38,480 nucleotides of DNA from an uncultured bacterium (GTDB lineage: Bacteria; CSSED10-310; CAZUFC01), in contig CAZUFC010000085.1 in the NCBI GenBank assembly GCA_964619725.1, positions 1 through 38,480 on the forward strand. Direction: 5' to 3'. This document shows, in pieces, positions 27,327 to 36,865 of the stretch. The notes beneath the pieces were generated by a model. The model ran no database searches and was not told the origin of the DNA. It saw nothing but the letters and a program-made list of their open reading frames with translations. The position numbers and the translations under genes are program-made. Every line of letters starts with the position of its first letter. Position 1 is the first letter of the stretch.

Positions 27327-28686
27327 TCACAAGAAATTGCTCGCCGATTTTATAAACGTCGCCCGCCCCCAACGTTAAAAGCACGGATGATTCGTTGCTT
27401 CTCTGCAGAAGTTCCTCCAGCAGGAGGTCCCTCTCCTCAAAATAATGGACATTTTTCTGGCCGGTTTTTCGGATTTCATCCGCCAGAATCTCTGAAGTCA
27501 CCCCCGGAACAGCCTTTTCTCCCGCAGAATAGATATCCAGCAAAAACATCTCATCGGCTTCCCTGAATGCTGCGGCGAACTGAGTCATCAGTTGGGACGT
27601 CCTGGAATATCGATGCGGTTGAAACACCACCGTCAACTTCCGGTCATATTTCCGTCTCAGGGCTCCTAAAACAGCCTTTATTTCAGTAGGATGATGACCG
27701 TAATCATCTATGACGATTACTTCCTGGCGGCTACCCTTATATTCGAATCTCCTGGAAACACCCTTAAACTTCCTCAACGCCGACTTCACCTCACTCATAG
27801 ACAATCCTATCTCCAGGCATACGGCTATCACGGCCAGGGCATTCTGAACCATGTGCTTACCGTAAAGGGGAATGAAAACCCGCCCCAATTCCCGTTTATT
27901 CCTGAACGCGCTGAATTCAGCGCCGCCTTCCGTGAATTCTATCTTCTCCGCATTATAATCAGCACTGATGTCGCCGGCGCCGTAAGTGATTACGGGACAT
28001 CTTGTATATCCGATTATTTCTCTTACCCGTTCGTCATCGATGCAAAGAACAGAAGCCCCGTATATAGGAGTCTTATTGATGAATGCCAAGAAACACGCCT
28101 TCAGCTCATCCAGGTCCCGGTACCGGTCCAGATGATCGTCATCAATGGAAGTAACGACGGATATCGTCGGCGCCAGAAACAGAAAAGACTTATCGCTCTC
28201 ATCCGCTTCCGCCGTAAAATATCGACTCTCGCCCGCCCTGGCATTCGTATCAAAATTCCTGATTATGCCGCCCACAATAAATGTCGGATCAATACCGGAA
28301 AGCGTTAATACAGTCGAAATCATGGCGCTCGTCGTCGTTTTCCCATGAGCGCCGGCCACGGCTATGCCGTATCTTTTTTTCATTAACTCGGCCAACGCTT
28401 CTCCTCGCGAAATAAGCGGTATGCCTCTTTTTTGCGCCTCCCTTATCTCGGGATTCGCAACGTCTATCGCTGAGGAGTAAACGACGATTTCAGCATCGCC
28501 GATATTTTGTGACGAATGTCCTATAAGAATCCTGGCGCTTTTTTTCTTCAGTTTATCCGTTATAGTCGATGCAACGATATCGGATCCTGAAACAGAGTAT
28601 CCCCTTTCTATCAGAATTTCCGCAGCACCGGACATCCCTATCCCGCCTATTCCGATAAAATGAATTTTTTTAATATTCGTAAGCAT
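27313..28686 (-). CDS. murC: UDP-N-acetylmuramate--L-alanine ligase
   Basis: IHFIGIGGIGMSG, AVAGAHGKTTT, EADESDKSFL, FKGVSRRF, DDYGHHPTEI, FQPHRYSRT, LGAGD. Confidence 0.98.
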   Translation of the reverse strand: MLTNIKKIHFIGIGGIGMSGAAEILIERGYSVSGSDIVASTITDKLKKKSARILIGHSSQNIGDAEIVVYSSAIDVANPEIREAQKRGIPLISRGEALAELMKKRYGIAVAGAHGKTTTSAMISTVLTLSGIDPTFIVGGIIRNFDTNARAGESRYFTAEADESDKSFLFLAPTISVVTSIDDDHLDRYRDLDELKACFLAFINKTPIYGASVLCIDDERVREIIGYTRCPVITYGAGDISADYNAEKIEFTEGGAEFSAFRNKRELGRVFIPLYGKHMVQNALAVIAVCLEIGLSMSEVKSALRKFKGVSRRFEYKGSRQEVIVIDDYGHHPTEIKAVLGALRRKYDRKLTVVFQPHRYSRTSQLMTQFAAAFREADEMFLLDIYSAGEKAVPGVTSEILADEIRKTGQKNVHYFEERDLLLEELLQRSNESSVLLTLGAGDVYKIGEQFLVSDCP

Positions 28687-28736
28687 AAAAAGTTATCCAG
28701 CAAAAAATCAGCAACATCTGTCGATCTGCGAGTCTT

Positions 28737-30311
28737 TTACCGGCTTATTTCTCCGCTTCTGTAAAGATTCTCCAACCACCAGGGCATATATTCATCCTCA
28801 TTATACGTTTCGATGATCAGATCACCGAAAATCCCGGCATATCCTCTGTTTCCGTGAATCATGATTTCCTTTACATCCAGAGAATATCCCTCGAATGACG
28901 GTATGGGAAAATCTTCCAGGGATTCCAGGAACAACGGCAGAAGCGAAGGCAGAAGATTCTCTATGAACCCCTCCAGGGCATCTTTTTCCGTTTGCGTAAG
29001 ACCAAGCATAGGATCGTAAACGATCGTCGAGCTGAACTCAAAATCTTCGCTGATTGCAATATGAATTTTGTCGTTGAGCGTTATTTCCAGGTTTAATTGC
29101 ACATCATCAATGTTCAGCGCCATAGTAAACAATCTTACCCAGTGTCCCCAGATTTCGACGTAAAAATCGGCCAGCATGTTGTGCAGGTCCATACTGATCT
29201 TGTACTCGTCGTTCCAGTGATTATACTCCATGACCGGCGGTTCCAGAGGTCTTAAATTTAATATCATGGGGCTCTCAGGAGCCAAGTCGGCAATACGGGG
29301 GACGATAAGTGAAAGTAACCCTGAATTCAGATCAATAGGAAGGCCCAATTCTTCCGCCATGGCGTCATCAATTCTGAAACAGAGCATTCCGACGTCGAAA
29401 GCCGCGAAAAGCACCCTGTTCAGCATATCGTCGGAAAGAATAATAGCCCCCTGAAACGGCACTTCAGTATTGGGAATGAAATTAGTATACGACGGCCGAG
29501 GCTGGAGATTCTTCATTGACCCCGGAAGCCCCGGAACGCAAGGGTCAGGTTCTCCGTAACAGTCGGCTTTCATCCATACCGACAACCCGTAAATGTTCAT
29601 CTTCGTATCATCGGGTTTCATGTAAAAAGTGATCACGTCATCAAAGACCGGTATCTGTTCCTCAAGCTCCAGCTCATTTAAAAAATCGCACAACATCGGA
29701 GGTATCTGTTCGCTGACGGCTGTCCTGATAGCGTTTTCTATTTCAGTCTCTATATCGCCCACAAATATTTCTATTAAAAATTCCAGCCAGTCCGGCCAGT
29801 TGGCTATATCCCAGTCGAAATTCTGCAGGTCGACTACTACATTCGTTATGCTGCATACAAGCTCACCGCCGACGTTCTCTACATGCAACCGTCCGCTTAA
29901 GTGGACAGGATTAGCGGTAAAATCCGCCGTCACATCCAAAATGCTCACGTAACCGTCGACCTGCATGTAAAAATTATAAATGTACAGGTCTATTTTGAGG
30001 GAATTGACGAAAGAGTCAAGATCAATCACTACGGGATAATTGAAATTCAATCCGGTCACCCAGAGTTCGGCATCTCCCCACCATCCGCTCGCCTCCCAGA
30101 TAGGTTCGTCATCCAGCAGGTCGAACACATAGCCGGGAGTTATCAAAGACGACATTATCACGGCGACTTCATCCAATCCAGTATCGTCCAGATGAACCGC
30201 TCCCGCATCAATGACAGGTTCGTCTCTGTCCCAATACTCCTGAGCCTGACACGGCAGTATCATAATCAGTAACGCGGTCAAGGGAAGCATGTTTTTCATT
30301 ATCTTTTTCAT
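28737..30311 (-). CDS. Secreted BPI/LBP/CETP (TULIP)-like lipid-binding protein
   Basis: Signal peptide; two ~230-aa halves of long beta-strands each closed by a long helix (EIENAIRTAVSEQIPPMLCDFLNEL; LEGFIENLLPSLLPLFLESLEDFPIP); LDDTGLDEV and ILSDDMLNRVLFAAFDVGML resemble BPI N- and C-domain starts. Family recognised by pattern only. Confidence 0.65.
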   Translation of the reverse strand: MKKIMKNMLPLTALLIMILPCQAQEYWDRDEPVIDAGAVHLDDTGLDEVAVIMSSLITPGYVFDLLDDEPIWEASGWWGDAELWVTGLNFNYPVVIDLDSFVNSLKIDLYIYNFYMQVDGYVSILDVTADFTANPVHLSGRLHVENVGGELVCSITNVVVDLQNFDWDIANWPDWLEFLIEIFVGDIETEIENAIRTAVSEQIPPMLCDFLNELELEEQIPVFDDVITFYMKPDDTKMNIYGLSVWMKADCYGEPDPCVPGLPGSMKNLQPRPSYTNFIPNTEVPFQGAIILSDDMLNRVLFAAFDVGMLCFRIDDAMAEELGLPIDLNSGLLSLIVPRIADLAPESPMILNLRPLEPPVMEYNHWNDEYKISMDLHNMLADFYVEIWGHWVRLFTMALNIDDVQLNLEITLNDKIHIAISEDFEFSSTIVYDPMLGLTQTEKDALEGFIENLLPSLLPLFLESLEDFPIPSFEGYSLDVKEIMIHGNRGYAGIFGDLIIETYNEDEYMPWWLENLYRSGEISR

Positions 30312-30327
30312 CTCAGTCCTCCCCTCA

Positions 30328-31719
30328 TTATAACGAAATCCGCTTAAACAGCAGTTGCCCGGTATCAGATCGCTGATAACATATCCCTAAAAATCCGTAA
30401 GGATCATATTCGGCAGCGGCGAAACGACCTACGTCCCTGTTCGATCCGCCCTGATCCAGCGTTTGAATGGTAAAATTACCGCCTACTTTCCTGGCCATTA
30501 AAAGCGATTTCGCCGTATAATCATAAAAAACGATATAAATCGTTCCGGAAGGCGTTATCACGACATTGGGACTGAATCCCGTCGCTCCTTCCGTTCTCAC
30601 CGTATAAAAATTAAAATAAGACCCTACTTTCTGCGCCAGCTTCAAATCAAGATCGGTTCCGTCAAAATACGCGATCACGGGATTTCCGTCCGGAGTTATG
30701 CCTAATGATATCCCTTCTCCCGTAAAGTGTTGACTGACGTCAATCGTCTCAATCGCAAAATTGAGGTCCTGACCTTCCGCATACTTCAGATCATACCCGT
30801 TTCCATCATGATAAGCCGCTTTGATCGTTCCGTCCGCCTCAAGATGAAAATCAGCCCATCTTCCGCAACTGTTTGCCTGGTCCCCGTCAATGACGTATTT
30901 CGTAAAAGAGGCGCCGTTGTAGATCGCCAGCTTAAGGTTGTGATTCACCGCATCATAATACATGATGTAAGGATTCTCGTCCTGGTCCAACCGCAGACAG
31001 TTGTACATCCCCACGTCGGATTCGTCGTCAGGCCCGTCCACAAAGCTTATTTGTAATCGCAGCCTGTTATACTTCGCCAGCTTCAAGGCGCCGCGGTCCG
31101 CATCATAAAAACTGATGTAAGCGGTTCCGTCAGAACCTACGGCAATCGACGAATACCTCCCTGCATCCGTATCAGGCTGATTCCCGGTTATGGTCATTTT
31201 CTTCCATCCTTCACCGCAGAACATGGCATACTTCAACGCTTTGTTTTCTTCATCATAATAACTGATATGAGGCCTTCCTTTTACGTCATATGTAAGATCG
31301 CAATAAGCCCCAACTCCCGGTCCCTCATCCACGACGCCTGTCGGATCGGGCATCAGCACGCCCTGGAAAACTGATTCTGTTTCAAATTCACGCTCCTCAC
31401 CATCTATCCTCATGCTGACGCTCGCTTCCAGAATGTTTTGCCCCTCATTTATCTGTTCCCCGTAGGCGAAAGCTTCATATACACCGTTCGTCGGTCCCGT
31501 TATATTAAAAGATGAAGTAATGTCCTGCTGGTTTAAAGTGACGCTTAAATCAGGATTCTCGCCGTCAATGAACGTTATCCATATGTCAGTCGAGGGCATA
31601 ATTACATCGATGCCGTTTGAGGGCTCCCTGATTTCCATTTCGCAACCCATCGCCGTAATGAGTACCGCTGTTATCAAAAAAATCGAACTTTTTGTTTTTA
31701 AATGTCGAATCATTTTCAT
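30328..31719 (-). CDS. Lipoprotein with an Ig-like N-domain and a multi-bladed beta-propeller
   Basis: ATG 31719 with SD AGGAG; lipobox TAMGC; 6-7 repeats of D-x(4-7)-G-x-Y-x-x-(I/L)-x(5)-G-x-P-x-I-x-(Y/F)-(Y/F)-D-x(5)-L-K-(Y/L)-A. Confidence 0.82.
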   Translation of the reverse strand: MKMIRHLKTKSSIFLITAVLITAMGCEMEIREPSNGIDVIMPSTDIWITFIDGENPDLSVTLNQQDITSSFNITGPTNGVYEAFAYGEQINEGQNILEASVSMRIDGEEREFETESVFQGVLMPDPTGVVDEGPGVGAYCDLTYDVKGRPHISYYDEENKALKYAMFCGEGWKKMTITGNQPDTDAGRYSSIAVGSDGTAYISFYDADRGALKLAKYNRLRLQISFVDGPDDESDVGMYNCLRLDQDENPYIMYYDAVNHNLKLAIYNGASFTKYVIDGDQANSCGRWADFHLEADGTIKAAYHDGNGYDLKYAEGQDLNFAIETIDVSQHFTGEGISLGITPDGNPVIAYFDGTDLDLKLAQKVGSYFNFYTVRTEGATGFSPNVVITPSGTIYIVFYDYTAKSLLMARKVGGNFTIQTLDQGGSNRDVGRFAAAEYDPYGFLGICYQRSDTGQLLFKRISL

Positions 31720-32035
31720 GTGATTCTCCTTCCTCCTTATTTCATTATCATAATAATACGTCTGAACGGAATTTTCAACTTTTGTCGACTCCGCACGCAA
31801 TCGAATGCGTCGTTCCCGTTATCCCGGCCGCGCCTTGCCTTCTACCCCTGCCTCCACGCTGAGAATGTAGCTTCCGCTGCTTTTATGACGAAATTTAGAC
31901 GACTTACGGATGCAAAAGGAGGTTTTTTCAAGTATCTATGGTTTTGCGAAGGGCTCTTCTGCGAAGGGCTCTGACCCTCTCGCATGCGCTTGTTTTTCCT
32001 TTTTTCAGCGGTTGACCTCTATGTGCTGCGTTGTT

Positions 32036-35000
32036 TTATTCGATAGTCAGATAAGGCCATATTAAGCTTCTGTTTCCCGATACGTCCCAGGCAGCCAGTT
32101 CCAGCAGGTATTCGCCTGCGGGCATCATTTCCGGGCCGACGGGTATGTCCGTCATGAAAACGCCGTCGCCCAGATCGAGAAGGTTTACCCCCGTAGGCAT
32201 ACCTCCGTAAAAAATTTCAACGTCGCGAATATCTGCCGCGCCGTCAGGGTCTGCCGCTACGACCAGTATGGTAACCGTTCCGCCCTGTGAAGCCGATACT
32301 GCTGATTCCATATAACCTGCCGCCATGATGTAAGGCCGGGCAGTACCGGGAAAAGCGCCGACATCGAAAGCATACAATTCTTCTATTTCCCAGGGTACGA
32401 CTTTTTGTGAATAATCGATCGTCCAGGGATTGGAATAAGGCGAATAAGCGTTTTCAGTAACCGTCAGGTAGGGCCAGAACATGCTGGGATTGCCGGACGC
32501 ATCTCTCGCCCTTAACTCAAGAAGTAAAGAAACGGGATCAACGCCTGCTGATATGGGAAAAGAAAGAGTGAACAATCCGTCGCCGGCCGCCAAATCTCCC
32601 TGAGTTCCGTCGTCTACCAGTTCGAGTCCTGTTCCAAAACCGTCGTAATAAATTTCGACGCCGGCGATATCATCGCCGTCAGGATCGGCAGCCCAGGCCA
32701 ACATAGTAAAATTGCCGCCTTCAGCCTCTGAAATGGTCGTATTGCTGTAACCGGCCACATTAATGAACGGATCGCTGCCGCCCATGCCCACGGTAAACCA
32801 ATCCAGAATTCTACCCATAACTTCAGCACGAGCCTCCCTGTCGCATATCCCCTCAAAAGGAAACGCGAAAAATACGGTTTTAAAAGGCGCAACGCCTTCC
32901 TGGGCCGGATATCTGACCGCACAGGGCCCTTCCTCTATCACATCTTCCGTGTCGTCATGCAGGTCTTCGCTGGCCGGAGGTACGATCGGACCGCTCTCGA
33001 AAATAACAGCGGCATCAGCCGTAACGGTAAAATTGTCCGGCCAATAATCAAACCTGTTCGGATTCGATCCGCTGGGGTCCTTGGAAAACGGATCGACCAA
33101 CGCCAGGTCAAGCCCGTCGCCGACTACATCGCCGTCGACGCCGTTCACCTCATAATAATATTCGTCATGTTCAATGAAATCTATTCCCAGATACTCTCTG
33201 GCAAAATCGCCTTCCAGCGTCTGCGCCGTATCGCCGTCGTCAGGCCTGTACTGATTATATAAAAATTCATGCGATGAAAGGAACAATCGTCCTCCGCCGT
33301 CCAAAAATTCCTCCCACAAGGGAATATACTCGTCCCTCACCCTCTTCTTCGTCTGCCCTTCCATTCCCATCGTCATTATGAGTATGTCGTAGGGAATCAG
33401 ATCGTCTATCGAAGGAAGAGCCAGCATATGAGGATTCTCGCCGTACGGAAGATGTGGCGGATGTAATTCTGAACAATCAAGATCAATTACCGTCTCCCAG
33501 CGATCATAATCAATGCCGAGGTCATCCAGAGCCTCCGTGAAATAAATTTCATAATCTTCCGTTCCTCGTAATCTGTCGTCGTCTATCACCAGGATATTCG
33601 GACCGTTGAGTTTTATGCTGAGCGTCAAATCCTGGGACGAACCCGAGTTATACGTTAAATGGAGGCATATTTCGGCTTCATGTGATGCCGGGCATGAACC
33701 GTCGACTTCAAAAGTAAAGGGGGTCGTGTTGACGACCTGATTGTTGAATTCCGCATCGGGATAGATGCTTGCATCGTTGATGAAATCAATCATGCCGTCG
33801 CCGGTGGAAAGGTCTCCCTGGATTCCTTCGGCATCTCCGAATATCGGAAGAATCGGTAAAAATAATTGAACGACTTCACCCGGTTCGGCCCTGCGATTGC
33901 CGTTCTCGGAAGAATCCCTGAAATAGTAGGACCGGGACATGAATAGCGTTGCCGGTTCAACGTTCAGCGAAGCCGCTGCATCGATGCGGCCGAATCCCGT
34001 TTTATAATCAAACCCCGGAAGTTCCCCCTCGTTGAAATCAACGGCATTGTAAGCGATTATATTCCTGACCTGATCGGGAGTATATTCTATCCCCTTCGTT
34101 AATCCGTCGGAAATAATTAAAGCCGCCAGCCCCGCCACATGAGGGGTGGCCATGGATGTTCCCTCCCATCCTTTTATAGGAAAAATATCAATTTCACCGT
34201 CTTCAAAATTTCTCATCCTCGGTATCTGCTGGTAAGTCAAATCCTCCTTGCCGCTGTCATCCTTGTCCGCATTCTCCGGCTCGTTGTACCAGTTGTAACC
34301 TGCAGGCGCAGTTATTTCATTCCCCCAGCCGTAATTAGAATAACCGGCCCGGGCCTCCGTTTCAGGCTGACCGGGAAATGGAGAATCCGACGCCCCGACA
34401 CCAATCACTTCCGGAAATCCCGCCGGATATCCTATGCCTATCGTATAACAACGCCAAGGTCCCGTCGTACACGTCGTTCCCTCAGCATCATTACCCGTCG
34501 CCGCACACATCACTACACCCTTCTCATAAGCATACTCGACCGCTTCCTTCTCGCAATCGGCACCCTCGCCGTTCGCTACTCCGAAACACTGCGTACCGTA
34601 ACTCATACTCATCACGTGAGCCCCGTTATCCGCAGCATACGTTATCGCCTCTGCACTGTCCGTTACATTCGCGCCCTCTCCTCCTCGCGGAATTATCTTC
34701 AACGGCATTATCGTGCAATTGAACGCCATTCCGACTGCTGAATATTCGTTTTGAGCGCCCCCGGGATCGTTATTCGTGCTCTGCGCTATCGTGCCCGTGC
34801 AATGAGTCCCATGAGGCGGCGCTTTATCGTCCAGAGGATATCCGTCGTCATTGACGAAATCATAACCGTCACGGTCGTCAATATAACCGTTGCCGTCATC
34901 GTCTATCCCGTTGTCCGGCGTCTCATCCGTATTCTGCCAGAAATTTGTCTGACTTAAATCCGGCGGCAGATTCCAATGCACTGGAAAACCATACGTGTAA

Positions 35001-35512
35001 TTGTCCGTATACTCGCGATAACATACGCCCGTATCGATTACAGCCACTACCACCGAAGGATCGCCTCCATGAACCGGCGGCGTCGTGTCCGCATCCCACG
35101 CCTCCGGCATCCCTATCAGCTCAAAATTCCATAAATGTCCCTGCTCCCAATACCAATCGTTCGGCTCCCATTTCGGATACACGTAATAATTCGGATGAGC
35201 ATACTCCACCCGAGGGTCCTCTCGAAAAGCTACCGTCTTTTCAGGAACCATGCCTTCGGGCACCTTTATCCGATAAAAATCCAGCGTCCTCGCTTTACGA
35301 TATATCTCCGTTCCGTAATCGTAAACGATACTTTCAATCTCACTTTTCTCCACTCCTGCTTTAAACTTCACCACTACTTCATCCGGAACATAATCGTCGC
35401 AGGGAAACAAATCGGAATATCCATCCTCAATGACGGCTGAATAAATCGTAAAATTTATCCCGAATCCAAGAACCAACATCAGAAAAAATGTCCCCAGCGT
35501 CGCTTTTTTCAT
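32036..35512 (-). CDS. Secreted S8 subtilisin-like serine protease with C-terminal accessory modules
   Basis: Signal peptide; propeptide YVPDEVVVKFK; catalytic triad VAVIDTG / HGTHCTG / GTSMATPHVAG; oxyanion ATGND; SD GGGAGG. Confidence 0.95.
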   Translation of the reverse strand: MKKATLGTFFLMLVLGFGINFTIYSAVIEDGYSDLFPCDDYVPDEVVVKFKAGVEKSEIESIVYDYGTEIYRKARTLDFYRIKVPEGMVPEKTVAFREDPRVEYAHPNYYVYPKWEPNDWYWEQGHLWNFELIGMPEAWDADTTPPVHGGDPSVVVAVIDTGVCYREYTDNYTYGFPVHWNLPPDLSQTNFWQNTDETPDNGIDDDGNGYIDDRDGYDFVNDDGYPLDDKAPPHGTHCTGTIAQSTNNDPGGAQNEYSAVGMAFNCTIMPLKIIPRGGEGANVTDSAEAITYAADNGAHVMSMSYGTQCFGVANGEGADCEKEAVEYAYEKGVVMCAATGNDAEGTTCTTGPWRCYTIGIGYPAGFPEVIGVGASDSPFPGQPETEARAGYSNYGWGNEITAPAGYNWYNEPENADKDDSGKEDLTYQQIPRMRNFEDGEIDIFPIKGWEGTSMATPHVAGLAALIISDGLTKGIEYTPDQVRNIIAYNAVDFNEGELPGFDYKTGFGRIDAAASLNVEPATLFMSRSYYFRDSSENGNRRAEPGEVVQLFLPILPIFGDAEGIQGDLSTGDGMIDFINDASIYPDAEFNNQVVNTTPFTFEVDGSCPASHEAEICLHLTYNSGSSQDLTLSIKLNGPNILVIDDDRLRGTEDYEIYFTEALDDLGIDYDRWETVIDLDCSELHPPHLPYGENPHMLALPSIDDLIPYDILIMTMGMEGQTKKRVRDEYIPLWEEFLDGGGRLFLSSHEFLYNQYRPDDGDTAQTLEGDFAREYLGIDFIEHDEYYYEVNGVDGDVVGDGLDLALVDPFSKDPSGSNPNRFDYWPDNFTVTADAAVIFESGPIVPPASEDLHDDTEDVIEEGPCAVRYPAQEGVAPFKTVFFAFPFEGICDREARAEVMGRILDWFTVGMGGSDPFINVAGYSNTTISEAEGGNFTMLAWAADPDGDDIAGVEIYYDGFGTGLELVDDGTQGDLAAGDGLFTLSFPISAGVDPVSLLLELRARDASGNPSMFWPYLTVTENAYSPYSNPWTIDYSQKVVPWEIEELYAFDVGAFPGTARPYIMAAGYMESAVSASQGGTVTILVVAADPDGAADIRDVEIFYGGMPTGVNLLDLGDGVFMTDIPVGPEMMPAGEYLLELAAWDVSGNRSLIWPYLTIE

Positions 35513-35564
35513 CTTAACCTCCCTCTCTGTTCGTTAAACAAGACATAACGCTTTTAAAATTAAT

Positions 35565-36725
35565 CTACCGGAATTCCCAAGTCAAGAAACACGCGTAAAA
35601 AACAGGATTCATCACCGCCTTCGAACGCATCTCTTTATACCGTACCCCAGCAACTTTTGTTCCGGCATCCGCAGCCAATAAAAAAAATGCAAATTTACCG
35701 GGCTTCGAATTCAATTCCAATACATAAGGCCGCCACTTATCATCGAACACAAAATCAATACCCAGTTCGCCGCATTCGCCCACCAGTTCATCGATCAATT
35801 CAACCGTATCCATAGCCGTACTCTCCGTCTTCCGCACCACGTTTCTTACCTCCTCTTCTCCCAAATATTTGCCCAGATGTTTTTCAACCCCATCGATATA
35901 AGCGCCTCCGGATAGATTGAGAGCAACGCTCCTGTCCATGGAAACACGCACGTGGCTTCCCGTTATCCTGTTCTTTCCGTCAGAACCCTTCTGAATGAGC
36001 ATCCTTAAATCAAATGCATCTCTTCTTAAGGAAGGAAAAACTGCCTTCTGCAGAATATAATCCCCGGAAGGAAAAGCTGCATCCCTGACTAACTCTTTAA
36101 AGTATTTCCTGTGAATTGTGATAAGCTCCCCTTGTCCATTAAATACTTTTAATCCATCGGGAGCGGAAGGCGACGGAGCGCACCTCTCCAGTAAAAAAAT
36201 TCCCCTGCCCTGTTGCCCCAGGCGGGGCTTTATAAAATAAAAACCTGCATCCAGGTCTTCCGCCTTTTCATACATAAGCGAGATGTCGCTTTGCAACCAC
36301 GTTCTCGGCGTCTGTATCCCCTGCTCCTCCAAAAAAAGATGACTTTTCCACTTATCCGAAGAAATCCTGGAAACTGACGGACTGTTGATGAAAGGCTTTC
36401 CGTATTCGCCATACAGGAGATCGACTATAGTCCTTCTTTTCTCTTCAAAACCCGTTCCCTTAAAAAACCCCCGGTCATACACCACATCCGGCAGTTTTAA
36501 TCCGCTTATCCTCTGCCATGCCGCGCCGTTCCATTTCCAACCCTCTGCAATCCTTTCCCAACTCGATCCCTCAAAAGAATCCTGATGAAAAACGTACAAT
36601 TCAACCGGATGCCGTTCACATAACTCGAACATCTCAATGAACATCCGGGTTTGCCTGCCGAACGGTTTTCTCTCATCCTCAAACAGACGGGAAAATATTC
36701 CCAGAGTTATTCTTTCGTTGATCAT
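35565..36725 (-). CDS. YheC/YheD family ATP-grasp protein
   Basis: LPDVVYDRG, DKWKSH, FIKPRLGQQGRGI, FDLRMLIQK, NLSGG, GELGIDF, LELNSKPG. Confidence 0.9.
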   Translation of the reverse strand: MINERITLGIFSRLFEDERKPFGRQTRMFIEMFELCERHPVELYVFHQDSFEGSSWERIAEGWKWNGAAWQRISGLKLPDVVYDRGFFKGTGFEEKRRTIVDLLYGEYGKPFINSPSVSRISSDKWKSHLFLEEQGIQTPRTWLQSDISLMYEKAEDLDAGFYFIKPRLGQQGRGIFLLERCAPSPSAPDGLKVFNGQGELITIHRKYFKELVRDAAFPSGDYILQKAVFPSLRRDAFDLRMLIQKGSDGKNRITGSHVRVSMDRSVALNLSGGAYIDGVEKHLGKYLGEEEVRNVVRKTESTAMDTVELIDELVGECGELGIDFVFDDKWRPYVLELNSKPGKFAFFLLAADAGTKVAGVRYKEMRSKAVMNPVFYACFLTWEFR

Positions 36726-36757
36726 AATACCTGATAAGAAGAAATTTTCATCGAAAA

Positions 36758-36786
36758 TTGAAAAAAAAGTCCGGTCGCGTTATAAT
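36758..36786 (+). promoter_or_regulatory. Putative sigma70 promoter of the sulfatase-family gene
   Basis: TTGAAA (36758-36763), 17-nt spacer, TATAAT (36781-36786), in a divergent intergenic region. Confidence 0.55.
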
Positions 36787-36865
36787 TTTTCCGGCTCGGA
36801 AGCGCTCTGACTTCCCCGACGAACGGTAAACACTTTTGGAATCCTTTGGTTTAAAAACTTCGGTA

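Noticed and set aside
31945-31984. 13-bp direct repeat TGCGAAGGGCTCT (31945-31957, 31960-31972) with a small hairpin
   Set aside because: Only two copies and no spacers, so not CRISPR. It could be a weak terminator or IS-end remnant but I cannot support either.
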